Of a stretch of 64,000 bases of DNA, positions 22,871 through 35,907 are shown piece after piece (within the stretch, counting starts at the first letter, position 1; each line of letters starts with the position of its first letter). This DNA is from Klebsormidium nitens (Eukaryota > Plantae > Klebsormidiophyceae): positions 25,807 to 89,806 of the forward strand of contig DF236960.1 of assembly GCA_000708835.1 (NCBI GenBank), read 5' to 3'. A model generated the notes under the pieces. That model was given only the letters and a program-made list of their open reading frames with translations. It made no database searches and was not told the origin of the DNA. A program made the translations under genes and the position numbers.

Positions 22871-25800
22871 CTGTTGACAGTGATGTCGGCTCGTAGAAAA
22901 GTGGGCTCGCCCTTCCGGCTGATGAAAAGTAGAAGGGGTTGTTCGTTGTTCCGGTTCCAGGTTGACTTGTCTACACATTTGTTGGAATCAAAGATCGTCC
23001 AAATGTGACTGGGCGTATCAAACTCTAGGAAAAGAGAAGTAAGTAGAGATATTGATAAAGTACTCGCACTGGGACAGGTGAGGTTAAATTGGGGGTTAGG
23101 GTGGGTATGGATGTGGAGCAGGTGGCTTTTGGGTCAAAGGTTTTAGTTTGAGTCGAAGCTTATGTTATCTTGGCTTGTTATCATCTCTCTTAAGTACTAT
23201 ACTGGCGTAGCTGAGGTAGAGGGGACCTGTGGTGAGGATCAAAGCAAACTTGAACTCAGCCAGTCTACAAGGGACTCTTTTCCAGACGTTGAGCATGCTC
23301 CTCCAAGTGTGCAAATCTGTGGCGGGCCTGAGTTGAGGCTGGAGCAGTTGAGAATACTTCAACGAGGGTGGCTCATTCGACTCTGAGTGGGCTCACGTGT
23401 ACGTCCAGGATACAAGAGTAGCCTTGTAGCCTTATTTGCAGTTTGAATCTCAACATTGAGGGACTTCGAGTTGTTTCTTTCCACCGCATGCACGGCACTT
23501 AAATCAAAAGGTGTGCATAGTTGGAAGACGTGTAGTTTACTTTGATTTACCACCCAAGTGACGAAAAGTAAGTTGTCTCCTGCAACTTAAGACTCGTGTC
23601 AAGCAAGGTAAACATCTCCTTTTAAATATCACTACCAGACCCATGGTTGTTATACTGTACTACGAGAACGACACGAGTGAGGGAACTGCAAAACTCGAGG
23701 GACTAATTCACTCAGGCTTTTTGCAAGGAAAGGATCTTCTGCAGACTCGAGAGGAAAACAATGTTGACCCTGGGTATTTACCACCTCCTCAAAGTTCATA
23801 GGAAGTGAGAAGAAAGGTTGTGCCCCACATTTCAACCTAGGACCGAGCTCGAATCTGCATGGCCAATGTACGAGGAGGCCCAAAATCAGCCCCGCCTCCC
23901 GCTCAAGCTGCTCAATTCAATAGTAGTTTTTGCCGCCCTTGCCACAAGTCTTTGGAACTCGCGCGCACTCATTCAGAAATGGAAATGCAGGAACAACAGA
24001 ACGTGCTGTAAGGACATCATGGAAACAAAGCTCGTGAGCCCCAATGGTAATCTTTACACGTTTGCTCACCGGCCAATCTGAGGGTCAGCACTTGCCGCAC
24101 TCAGCTAACTCCGTTGAGGGCCAGCCCAGCTTGCATGCAGCTCAAAGGTAATGAGCTCCACTTCCTTGCTTCTCATCATTTCACGTGCAATGCTTCTAAT
24201 GCAAATGGCGTCTCCTTCTGAGACATGCAATTGGACTCTTTAAACCAGCACCATTCGCCGTAGCAAATTTCTGAGCACCTGATGCACAATTTTCAGAGTT
24301 GGTCTTATGCTGGATAAATGTCAATGCCTTTTTCAAATGTGCGACCAATGCAGCTAGCTCCTGAAGCTCCTCAAAGAGTCAGCCACTCAGTAGTGTCGTG
24401 CGCTTTCCAGAGGTACATACTTATCACTCAAGTAGATACCGACTTGGTCGAAAAATCAAGCAGCATTAGCCTTAGGAACGCTTTTCTCCAACAAAGCAAG
24501 TCAAGGTTATTACATAGCATGTCCGCAGTTCGTTGTACAAATTAATATCTGCATGGGCACATATGTATATATTGTAGTCATGGGTGCGCATTTCCAGGCT
24601 TGCACCTCTATCAGCCACTTTGAGATGTCCTAAATCAGACAAATATCAACAACTAGCTAAGCTTTGGCTCTGAGGCTGAGCATTCCAAGGCAGCACACAG
24701 GCGCAGTGTAAACGTTTTTCACGCATATCCCACGCGCGCACTTGCTAAAAAGTCCACTGAGCCGTCGATCTTGGTTGAGCAAAGACTTGTATAGACGGCT
24801 GCAAAAGTAAGCTTGCAAGGAGAGTGTCTGCCGTCGATTGGATTCCCTTGGTCCGAGATGGACGGCTTCAGTATGAGGTTCGACGATAAGGGCAATTTAT
24901 GATCACATGATCACATGAATCCTGTATATCGTCGAAGAACTTTGGTACCGACATGCATGGAGGCACGAGGAAATAAAGAATGGCTTGCCAATGCTGAGCT
25001 GCCACAGTTTGATTTGCGCCAGAGAACAGCTCGCCATGGCTGCTCATTCTGCAAACTTGCAAGCAGAATCGGGCCCATTTACTAAGTAATACTAGTATTA
25101 TTTATAGGTAGGTAGCCTTGTAACCTAAGAGAGGGGGCTGGTTCCGAAGGAAGAGCTTTGTAAGACCTTTGCGGCAGCTTTGTGCTCTCTCCTCTGACAA
25201 TGCTGGTCGAAGAAGCGGAGAAAACGGGTTTGTGGCAGTGGGTTTCGAAGAAGGTGTGTGACGCCTCTCGGCAGTGGCTAGTCTTCCACCTTTATTCTTG
25301 ACTGTTTTGCAGTCTTCGTTGTCGCAGATCTACCATTGCTGCTGTATGTTTGTGTCAGTTCAAGACTGTACTTTCAGGCCTCTTCTAGCTGTGTCAGCAC
25401 AGCTTTGTTCACCCCTCACCCTGTTTGTCTGGCTTTGCTCATCAAACTGTAGGTCTGATAGACAAGGAGAATGTACTTTCTGGAGAAGGGAGACATGAAC
25501 AAGTTCCAGGACATCTTCATTTGTATTTTATCAATCTGGTGAACAAGGAAGGGCTTTAGGAACCTTTCAGTCAAGGAGAGACTGGCAGGCAGGAAATGTC
25601 CTCTTGAAAGGAAAAGCACAGCGCACGCGTATAACCATCTAGTTTGAACACCACATTCTGAAGGCAACCTCCTCATTTTGGGGTTCCGTGCTTGTCAGGT
25701 TAACCAGTATATGAACATGCAACTCTTCTCTGCGAGTTGAGGAGTTGTCAAGTTGAAAGCTTCCCCTTTGCTCTGCAATATGGCAGATTAACACCCCTGT

Positions 25801-26435
25801 TGTGAGTCACTCAATGTGACCAGAGTCTGTGGCCCCTCTCAGACATCAGGGCATTAACTTAGCTGTCTCGAAGGTGTTTCCCCACAAACCCCAAATCCAG
25901 GTACAAATCCAAGATGACTAGTTTGTGATGTAGGCAACCAAGGGAAGCATTCAACGCAGTAGGAATGGTGAACAGAACATCAAATGTAAGAGGCGAGAAG
26001 CTTGTTGAGTCATACTAGCATGTCTTCAATATTACCCCTGGCTGTTGTGCAGTATTGACTATGCCCCATTTTCTGGTGTAAGAGATCTGCAGGAAAATTC
26101 GCAAGGGTTGCGAATTTGCAAAGTAGAATAAACTCACTGGCTTATTGAATCGACAAAGATTTCATATCCCGCCGAGACAAAGGCAGACAAATTTCCGGCG
26201 GAATTTCTTCTTGACATGTCTCTACCCTCGTTGAATTTTCTACACCCCTCAGAAAGTGAACTGATGACTCTGCTTTGAGGTTCCTTGTGGCCCCTCTTTC
26301 CATCTTTAACCTTCCTTCCTATGATCATTTGCAGGTCAAATTGACCCTGAAGCAACTTCATCTTGCACTTTGAAAGCCAACATGCTTGACCACAAGGCCT
26401 AAACTGAGCATTGGAGCAAGAGCCTTCACACCGTG

Positions 26436-29400
26436 ATGGATAATCACGAGACAGCGCTTCCAACTTGCAATGCTGCCGTGGCATCTGAATGTGACACATG
26501 CCAAAGTCCAGAAGGCTTCAAAGGGTTTGAGACGCCCCCGCTTTCAGCTGCCGCACTCTCGCAGCCCCTAGAAGCCTTGCGCTTCCACCCCTTTGCAACA
26601 AGAACCTCTGCACTGACAGCCAGCAAGGCGGCTGGCGCAGAGTCCTCTTCAGAGGTGTCCACTGCTGAATCTTTGGAACAGGCCTCTACGCACTCACTCC
26701 TCCAGACTAGCTCGGTTCACGGCCTGAAACGCCTCCGTTCCATCACCTTCTTTGGAAACGTGGAAAATGAGGCGACAGAGCAGAGCCCGACCAAGCGCTT
26801 CAGCCCCCAGGGTTTGGAGGTGCAGGGTTTGGAGGGGTTAGAGCCTCAGGGTTTGGAGGTTTCGGAACGTCCGTACTTTGACGGTTTGGAGATTCAGGTT
26901 CCGGCAGGCTTGGCTTCTCATGCTTTACAAGTGGAGGTCGGCAGTCCCGGAAGCTGGGCCACAGAAACAGGGTTTGAGGGATTGGAGGCTTTCGACAATG
27001 GGTTGGAGACAGCTTCACCACGTTCGCTGGGGGGGTTTGAGGGGTTTGGGAACGGGATTGAGACGCTGCCAGGTGTGGTTTCCGGGGCTGGGTTTGATCT
27101 GTACTCGCCCGCAACGGAGGTGGCCCCCGAAAGCAGTGCCCTGGGTAGCGACTTTGATCTGGTGGGAGCGGAAGGGTTCGATGTCTCGCCCGAGGTCCTG
27201 TTTGCCAGAGCGAACCACGCAGATCTGGCAGGGACTCAACGGAAACTTTTCAGAGAAAGCGGGCCTTGTCGAGAGTGCGCTTCAGGTGCAGAGGTCCTAG
27301 AAGTGATCGTCGTGTTGCGGGAGATGGGGGTTCTATCGGATGGTGGCACACCGGCAGCTGAGCCCCTGGCGGGGTCGCTCGACGACCTTGCGAGTGGGGA
27401 CTTCGTCAGTGCACTCGGGAACGAGCTCTCCGAGTGCTCGGAGTCTGCCGAGAGCGTCGACTTGGAGCGTGGGTTAGGGTTTCAGGATGGGGGTTTAGGG
27501 TCCGGGTTAGAGGAGCTGGAGCAAGTCACAGGGGGGCAGGAGGAGCAAGCCCGGCGGATGGAGCGCATTGAAGCATTGCTCGCGCAGGAAGTTGTGCGAG
27601 AAGCGGAGTTGATCGAGGCCCGCATTGCGCTGGAGGGAGTAGCGGGAATGACGTCAGTCCCGCAGCGTGTCGACATCGCGACCTGGCTGCAGGGCCTGCG
27701 ACGGGGCCACGTTTCCCGAGCAGGGGTAGCGGCGGCAGAAAGCGGGGTTAGGGAGAATGGGTTAGGGGTGGGTTTGGTGGAAGACGGGCTGGCGGAAGAG
27801 GCAGACTTCAGTGAGGTCGGGAGTTCGATTGGTAACACGAGCATGGCTGTCTTCAGGGGGGACTTGAACAGCCATTTGGGAAGCGTTTTGGGTGAGGACG
27901 ACGAGGGTTTGGAGGGGTTAGAGGGCCGGGTTGCAGGCGGTCTAGATGGCGAAACCATGGGCCCAATTCCGGAAAATGTGGGAGGGGGAGATCTTGTGGG
28001 GTTCGAGTTGGCGCCGACTGGTGGGGTGGAGGAGAGAGGTGGTAGAGAGTGGGTTTGGGACGGCTCCGACAGGGTTAGGCACGGTTTGAACGAGGTTAGG
28101 GTGGGTTTGGACGGCGTGACGAGGAGGCGCCGCACACGGGAAGAAGAAGAATTGCCACTACTGGCGCATCTGTCCCCCAGAGTAAGGGGTTTACCCGTCC
28201 TTCACTCTGTGCTCTGTACAATTTCCACCTGCTTTCCTCCCTCCCTCACCCACATTGTCGTTCTGCAATGCTTCTGTTAGTGCAGTCGAGTACTAAGAGC
28301 TATGTTGATTTACGGGCTTGGCCTTGAGAGTTTACAGAGTCCTACCATCATTGCATAGTGTTGTCAATTTCGTCTGAATTTGGAGTTTGACCTTAAGCCG
28401 TGCGTCAATGTGGGGTCGCCCTCAAGTCCTTTGTTTCAGACTGATGCACCTGCAGAATTCAAAGGATTGCAAGATCAGATGTATCGCTCCCTTTGTTAGG
28501 TGCATCTTCAGCAGCTCCCACAACCTTCACTGTCATATCAGCCCTTTCCTGAAAAGCACAGGAATGGTTGCCTGCTTGTCAATGTCAGCCTGCTTTCTTA
28601 TTCCAACTCGAGTGACCTTGCCAAACCCCTTTTCCTGCATCGTAACTTCTGAGCCACTCCAGTTATACAGTGCTCCAAGAACCCTTCTGAACACATACTG
28701 AAAGTTCACGAACTGGCATTCTTTGGGATGGGGGCCATCTCTCTGTGGTCAGTTTCTGTGCTTCTCGCACTGAAATCAGTGCTCCTCTTTCTCTTTATGC
28801 AGAGCGAAGGTGGTGTCTCCGCAGCGCTCGACTCGTACCCCCAGCTGTACTACATGGACCAACTGGAAGACGGTGCCGCCTCAGAACAAATCGACCACAT
28901 CCTGACCGGTAACTGGAACCCTAGGCAAGCCCTGCGCATGTTAGCCGACACCCAAATGGATGATGTGGCGGATGACGTGGCGGAGGTCAACCTGACGGAA
29001 CTAGAGTGGACCGCTTTCTTGCGGGAGGCGCTGCTGGGGGCGTGGCGGCGGGAGGGTGCGAACGGTGGGTTGGAACAGGGTTTGGGCGGTGTGGCAGGGG
29101 GTTTAGAAGAGGGTTTAGGGGCGGAACAGGTGGGTTTGGAAGCAGACTTGGGACGACGGACTCCGGGGGGTTTGCAAGAGGGTTTGGAACGGGGTTTAGG
29201 GCTGCCCAACGACGAAACCCTGCGACAGTTCAGCCTGCTAAACCCAGCGGAAATGGTCGCCGCGCTGGCCGACCCTCGCCTCGTTGCGCGTCTCGAGACG
29301 CGGGCCGAGAGGGGGCTGTTCATTCAGGGCACGCGCGTGCCGCTCCTCGAACGGACGTTCCTAGGGGGCCTGGAGAACGATGACGTCATCCTGAGCGAGA

Positions 29401-32400
29401 GCGACACCGAGTCGGAGGCCGAGGAGAGCGAGGTCGCGCTGGATGACGTCAGCGAGGTGGGGTGCGACGTCATCGACGATCTGGACTCATACGGGGCGTT
29501 CTGCACAGCAGGGGGTGCTTTGACGGGGCCAGACGGCCCCCCCACGGAGACGAATTTGGAATCAGGGGGCCGTTCGAGCGCCCAAACGGACCCCCCCCAG
29601 GACTGCTCGATTTGCTACCGGCCGCTGGAGGCGGAGCCCGTGCTGGCGCTGAAGTGCGGACACGAGTATCACGGGACGTGCGTCAAGAAGTGGCTGAAGT
29701 CCGGGGCGCCGAACGCGCTATCGTGCCCGTTCTGTCGGGGCAAAATCCGACGGACGCCAGGTGAGTGCCCGGGCTTCTTTGACTTGTGTGACAAATAGAA
29801 CAAACAGCTTCAAAGATGTGGAAACTGAAGAATGCAAAAAGATGCAGAGATCTTCTCGGCGGAGGGATTAGCACACGGTGGGTGAACGCCTATGTTGGGC
29901 TCATTGAGGAATTCATTCTCATACCAAGCGGACTTTGCAGATTGTCATTGCGTAAATTTGGACGACAGGGTATTTGCTCCGCTGCTTCGACACCGGTTTT
30001 ACAGTATCTCTGTTCATCCTAGATCGGCTGAGAAGGATACTGTCAACGACAGTAAAATGTTCGTCTTGGTCCTAAAATCAGCATGGGCATGGGCGAAAAC
30101 GAGAAATCCTCAGATTCCAGACTGCTGCCCAAAAAGTGGTTCTTAGTTGTCCGAAAATGGCTGAGGTTTTGGATTTCTGATACCGCCGCCTTTGGACTAA
30201 CATCATTCACTCCCAAAGGCACCGTCTTTCCTAAGGCCAAGAACCAACTCCTTTCGTCACAGGTCTCCATTCTATCACCTCAACGTGCATTGAATATGTG
30301 TACCGAATCCAAATTCCCTTCATCTTCTTCTACAGCTCTGGAGGAGCTTCTTCCAGCCAACGGCGCTGCCGCCCGTCTTCCCCGCAGCCCCAGCGAGGCG
30401 ACCATTGACCTGCACGACGACCGGAATCTGGACGCCGACGAATTGCTGCACGAAGTGCGCCAGTGGCCGGATGCGGAGCGGCTGATTGTCAGCGGAATCG
30501 GCGTCGAAACGGTTTTGCAGGTAGGAAAATATTTGTTAACTTTTCGCTTTTCCTGGAGATTGATATAGTCATTTTTCTGATGGAAGGCGACGAGGTTACT
30601 GCACGAGATACGCCAGTGGCCGGATGCGGAGCGGCTGATTGTCAGCGGGATTGGTGTCGAGACCGTTTTGCAGGTGGGACATTCTGTCGATACACAGAAT
30701 CCGTTTGGAAAAGTTCTTTCTCTGCACTGAATCGAATCTTTAATTTTGATAGTTCCGGAAACTCGGTTCGTCTAAGCTCAGTCCGCTGCCGGGTTGCATT
30801 GTGCCCCGGATGCGGAGCGGCCAATTTTCAGCAAGATGAGTTTTGAGACCGTTCTCCGGGCAAGAGTCCCCCTCTCTTCAGAGCTGGTTAATCTTTGGGA
30901 TCCTCGACTGAGATGCGGGCAAAGCGAAACCTGAGATGTGTGAGCAGAGGAGCTTTTGCCTGGAATGCATCACTGATTACATGGAAGAGATGCTGATTGT
31001 CAGCCATGTCCCAACCCTTTTCTTGCAAGGTACGTGTAGGTCTCCGCATCAATGTGGCTTGAAGGCCGCTTTGGAAAAAGTCTGGCCTAGAAGCATGGTT
31101 GATCTGCCCCAAGACCCGTTGCTTTGGAGTTCGTTGGTAGTCCGACCGAATTGAGTTATGTATGCGGGATCAGCGTCTAGAAGTTTTTATTCGTGCGATC
31201 CTTGCTCTGCTTCCTGGGCCTCTCCATTTCTTTCTTTCTAAGTCTCACTTTCACTAACGCTTTGTAAGACCATCACTCGAGGCCAGTACCGAAAATTGAC
31301 CGTTCAGTGTCTCCGGTCGCTGCAAGATGTCGAGAAGCGATTGGATGTCTTTGATTTTCAGCTGCTCGCGAATATTCAAGCCGAGGTTCACCTAACCGCG
31401 CTGTGTGGCACCGGAAAGAGATTTCGCGCCTCTCAAAGGTTCTGCCGCAACTTGATTGAACCGTAGTGTTAATGGAGTACCAGCGCTTCGACGGTCTAAG
31501 CATCGAAGACAAACTGTTTGAAAAGTCGTTGCCTTCTCAATTCCGGGAGGAAGCCCAAGCGTATAGCATTGCCTCACCAGAAAGATTGTTCCTGAAACCC
31601 GCTACTTCCGGAGGGTCTGCTGAAATCTTTTCTGGAAGTTGCTGTAAAGTCAATTCTCAGACTGGTTAAAAGGTAACCAACAAACCCGGTCAATTCTTTC
31701 CAGGTTCTGGAGGAAGCCCAAGCCGAGATCCGCATCATCGAACTTTACGGCACCGGGGAAGACCGCGTGGCTGAGGAGGAGCGCTTTTGGTACCGCATGA
31801 GGGGCGACGCGCTGCCGCCCCTGCCCAGCGACCCCACTCTCAGCACAGCACGGGTGAGCCCGCTCTAGTTGTCTTCTCCTGCTTCTGCCTTGCATCCCGC
31901 TCTAGTTGTCTTGCTTCTGCTACGTTTCCACTTTGGGGCCGCCTTGTGGAGATGCGCTGCCGCCCCTGCCCAGCGGACCCACTCTGAGCACAGCACGGGT
32001 GAGTCCGCTCTAGTTGTCTTCTCTGCTTCGGATTTACAATTCCGTTCCAAGTGTCTTACCCCTGCATAAGTAAGTCAGGCTCTGGTTGTGTTGCCTTTGC
32101 TTTCGGATTTACATAACCCCTGCGCTACCGCCTCTGCCCAGCGAACCCACTCTGAGCACAGCACGGGTGACATAGCGGATTGGCAGTAAGAGCCGCGCTC
32201 TAATTGTGCAGCATGGGATTTGTGCCAATCCGGGCGAGCCCTTCTGATACCAACGAGTCTGGGGCGTTCATCTTTCGTACCGTGAAAGCAGACGGTAGGG
32301 ACCGATAATGTGCTGTTGCTAGGCCGTTTCGGATCTTCTGTGGTCCGCCTGTTCAAGAACGGATTCACTCCTTGCACCCTAACCCAATTTCGCCTAACCC

Positions 32401-33451
32401 AAGCCTCCCTCGTTGTGCAGGGCTGTGCTGCGGTGCAACGGCTGCTCCTCCACAACGGCGAGATGCGCAGCGGGTCAATGGCCAACCCCCTCGGGTCACC
32501 GGTTAACCCGGGCGAGGCAACCTTCACTGCCTTTGTGCAGCGCGTCTTTGGGCAGCTCCCGAACTTGGTCGACTTTTCCGCCCCCGCATGCGGACCGGAT
32601 CTGCGCCCCGCAGGCCTGGCGTGGCTCGTCGAGTGCTGTCCAAAGTGAGTCGGTTCCTCAGGCTTTTAAGTGGGTATTTGTGCTAATGGTGAATAATGTT
32701 CATTCTTCGCACGGCGTGTTTTCCTGGATGTTTTTGAAATCCAGATTCGCTACTTCATTCTATGTAAGGATTTGTACACTTTGAAACCGGATTCTTGTCC
32801 ATTGAAACTTCGGTGATTGTATGTTTGACTTCCGCTCTTTTGTACCCCGTTGTTGCTTTCACGTCTTGCTCCTCCTGCGCCGTTGCTTTCCAGTGGATAC
32901 CCGCTGTTCGTTGGGCAGTTTGATTGGGACACGTACACGCCAGTGTGCCTCATTGAGGGCCATTGACACGTCACACCTTAGATTGCATCAATATCGCATG
33001 TAGCAAATCGTGACAAGGATTGTGAGCTGGCCGTTGCGTACTGGAAACGTGAAGTTCAACACTCAAACGGACGAGCTAATGTCAAAGCCTTTTTTGGAAC
33101 AGGTTAAGAATCCTCCGCTTGGGATGGTGCTCCTTCCCTGACTTGGGCGTTGGCATTGGCCCCGTGGCCGAAGCCCTTGGGCGGCAACTAGAGGAGCTCG
33201 AAATCCTAGGCCCCTTCTTAAATCTAGACTCCTTGAACGCCCTGGTGCTGCATTGCCGACGGTTGAGGGTCTTGAATATAAGCCGGGGACATCACGGGGG
33301 CCGAAATTGGCAACCCGGCATTGACTTGGGGGAGACGGTGGATGCGGAGCATACCGAGGAGTACGACGAGGCGTTCGGTAGACTCGCCCAGCTGAATCCC
33401 CTCTTACGAATTGAGGTGGCGCAAGGTAGTCAAGAGTATCTGTCGTTTTGA
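26436..33451 (+). CDS. Large acidic low-complexity protein with a RING-H2 finger and C-terminal RNI-like leucine-rich repeats (E3 ligase candidate), ~1200 aa
   Basis: Exons 26436-28181, 28803-29760, 30336-30520, 31704-31853, 32421-32644, 33103-33451; phases 0,1,0,0,2 all match. RING-H2 CSIC-x13-C-G-H-x2-H-x2-C-x14-CPFC. The consensus donor CAG|GTGAGT at 29761 (phase 1) fits the phase-1 acceptor at 30336. LRR units CPKLRILRLGWC, LEELEILG and HCRRLRVLNIS. The start codon and the RING-LRR join are inferred. Confidence 0.75.
30585..31035 (+). repeat. Three donor-side echoes of RING-LRR exon 3
   Basis: CCGGATGCGGAGCGGCTGATTGTCAGC..GTTTTGCAG|gt recurs at ~30590-30678 (near-intact), ~30805-30865 and ~30975-31033. 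Confidence 0.85.
31540..32175 (+). repeat. One acceptor-side and two donor-side echoes around RING-LRR exon 4 (31704-31853)
   Basis: TTCCGGGAGGAAGCCCAAGC at ~31540. CTGCCCAGCG..CCCACTCT(C/G)AGCACAGCACGG|GTGA recurs at ~31950-32005 and ~32130-32172, with flanking intron sequence copied too. Confidence 0.85.
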
Positions 33452-35907
33452 GGAGGGGTTGTTGCTGGGGGTCTGAGCGAGTAGGGTGTTGCAAGTAGTA
33501 GTCCATCTGTGAATCTTGACAAATGCACCCTTTTAGAAAGAGCTAAAGCGCGCTGCCTGAATAGTCAATGCCAGGTCACATAGGTACAAGCCTCGGACAA
33601 ATACTTTGGAGACGTCTATATTCGCGATATTGCACTTAGTCTTCTATATACTTTACGTTGGAAAGTTTCAAAGTAGGTATGCCAAGTCTATACCGCACAA
33701 TCTGCACTATGGAAGAACTATATAATGGGGCCGGGCGCAGATGGTCCTATACGGCGGCCGAAAAGCCGACGGATCCGAGGTAATATGAGGCACGTTTGGG
33801 CATGGCAACGCAAACAAGTCCAACCATGCATGGTTCAACTTGAAAAGCCCAGCCGACTGACTCTCTGGAGAATGCAATTGGATCCCCCGGACCTCGAATG
33901 CAGCGGCCAGCTAGTGGCATGTGCATGAGGCCCCCCGAAACTTCTATGATGGAACATATGATTCCTCCGAAGAGTCGAGTTCATAAATATTTGATTCTGC
34001 ACTGCCCTCTATATTGCAAAAGATTCCGGGGGCCTTAAGATCGGACTTGTATGTTGTAACGTAATATCATGGCAATAATCCCAATCATGCGGACACCAAG
34101 GACTCGATATGTACTTACGAGGCCCTAAAAATCTACACATTACAGGGCCCCCAGGGCCTGCATACTGTATACCGGTATGGTGAATTGCAATCATATATGA
34201 TACAAGTAACAACACTGACTCATGTTGAACACTGAAAACTGCATGCCTAGCCGCTGAGCTGCCACATCACTTGGATCGTTCGAGAGCATGTGAGTGCTTC
34301 GCCGCCCCGTCAGAGGCTTAGTATGGACTCGGGAGTCTGGAGGCTAGCTAGACTCACCTTTTTGGCATGCCATTTTCTTGGCGTCCTTTGCGCTCCCTGT
34401 GTGTGCGCGAGCGGTCGCGTGTTATTGAAAATGGCGACAGCCGTAGAGTTGATCACAAAATAGGCGCTGTACGACGCCGCGATCGAGGGGGCGACCACAG
34501 GCCGAACTTCAGGGTACATACGTCGCTATTTTCCCTCTTAAGATCCTCGGTTTCTACCCCGCCCAAACCTTTCGCGTATCCGGATTTACTGGCCGTGGCT
34601 GTGAATGTGCTGTACGCTGTACGAATCGGTGTCCGTCAGATGGTCCTCGGTAATGCTCCCTGATATTTAGCACAGGGCCACTTACACAGATTTCCGTACA
34701 GCAAAATCTCAGATTTTGTCGTCTATCGTCCAACGGTACCCAGTCGGACCTCGTGTCGCAGGCCGTTCGATGGGTGTTTACGCGTTTGGTAAAATCTATA
34801 TGACCGTCAGATGACATGCCGACCTGGTACTGGGCGTACGCTCGCTGTCGGAGTGTACGCGGTTGGAACTGGTGTCAACACTTTGTGAAATTTGGAGCTC
34901 AAGCCCTGGCCGTCGCACAGCATAATGCCTTCATCAACGGCTCGCATTCGGTCGTTTTAAATCAATCAAATGGCATGCCGAGTGCAGCGCAAAGTGCTGC
35001 CTTTCTAGTTCTCGATTCTCTCAGTCTGCCAGTGGCTCACGGGCGGCATTGGCCGCGGACTCCAGGTCAGAACTTGCGGATCACAATGCCCACAAAAAGC
35101 TCCTGCAAGATTTTCTTCGTGTTCCGAATTGCATGCAGAGCGCCACCTGGCAGCCACACATTGAGACACTGACCACATGGTTTTTTCGAGCATACGTCAC
35201 GATTTGCGGGATTTGCTCGAATCCGGCTGATGTAAATTTCGAGCAGTGGATGTAGCCGGGGACAAGCCCGGTAGTTCACATCAGTCCATGTATCTTGTAC
35301 CGGGTTCGAATCCTCAGAGAAAAAAAGCCCGGGGACTGTGACTGCTTAGCGAATTGCAGTCGGTGCTATTGGACCGGTTCTGACCTTTCAAGTTGGTCAA
35401 TTTAGTACGTCACTCTACGGTACTCAACAGGGCGCGGCGCAATGCGCGCTACTCAGACTCAGAGTCTGCTCGAAGCACGAGCGTGAGTCTTCTTCGACGA
35501 CGGAAGGGAAGGGCCCTGGCCCTGGGGAGCCTGTGCACACTGACAGGGTCTGAAGCAGTGAAGGGTCGCCAGCTCGTCGCATTGGTGTTGGCGTTTGCGT
35601 TGGCAGCATTGAAAGCCTGCAGCAGCAGGGCCGGGAGAAGCAAATGTTTGCTGTCTAAACTTCTGAAGAAGTTTTGCCTAAGTTCTCCCCGTTGGAAGCC
35701 TGCGGTGGTTGTTATATTACGGTGGCTAAGTTTTGCGGTTCGTGGGGTTCCAACGTGGAAGCCTTCGAGCGAGCCTCGTGCAAATCTAAGGGATGACAAT
35801 GGTAGAGGGTGGCTTTCCAGATGGAAAGCAGCACATGTTTAGGTTATAGTTACCCTTGGAAAGTAGACCTCAAACATTTGTCACAGGCAGGAAGGTCGTG
35901 TTTGAGG

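Noticed and set aside
27482-29545. Ser/Pro-rich minus-strand ORFs opposite the RING gene
   Set aside because: Antisense mirror of Gly/Glu-rich codons.
35240-35300. GGTTCGAATCC (B-box/T-loop-like) suggesting a tRNA
   Set aside because: The T-stem does not pair (CCGGG vs CCTCA), and no acceptor stem or anticodon arm can be built.
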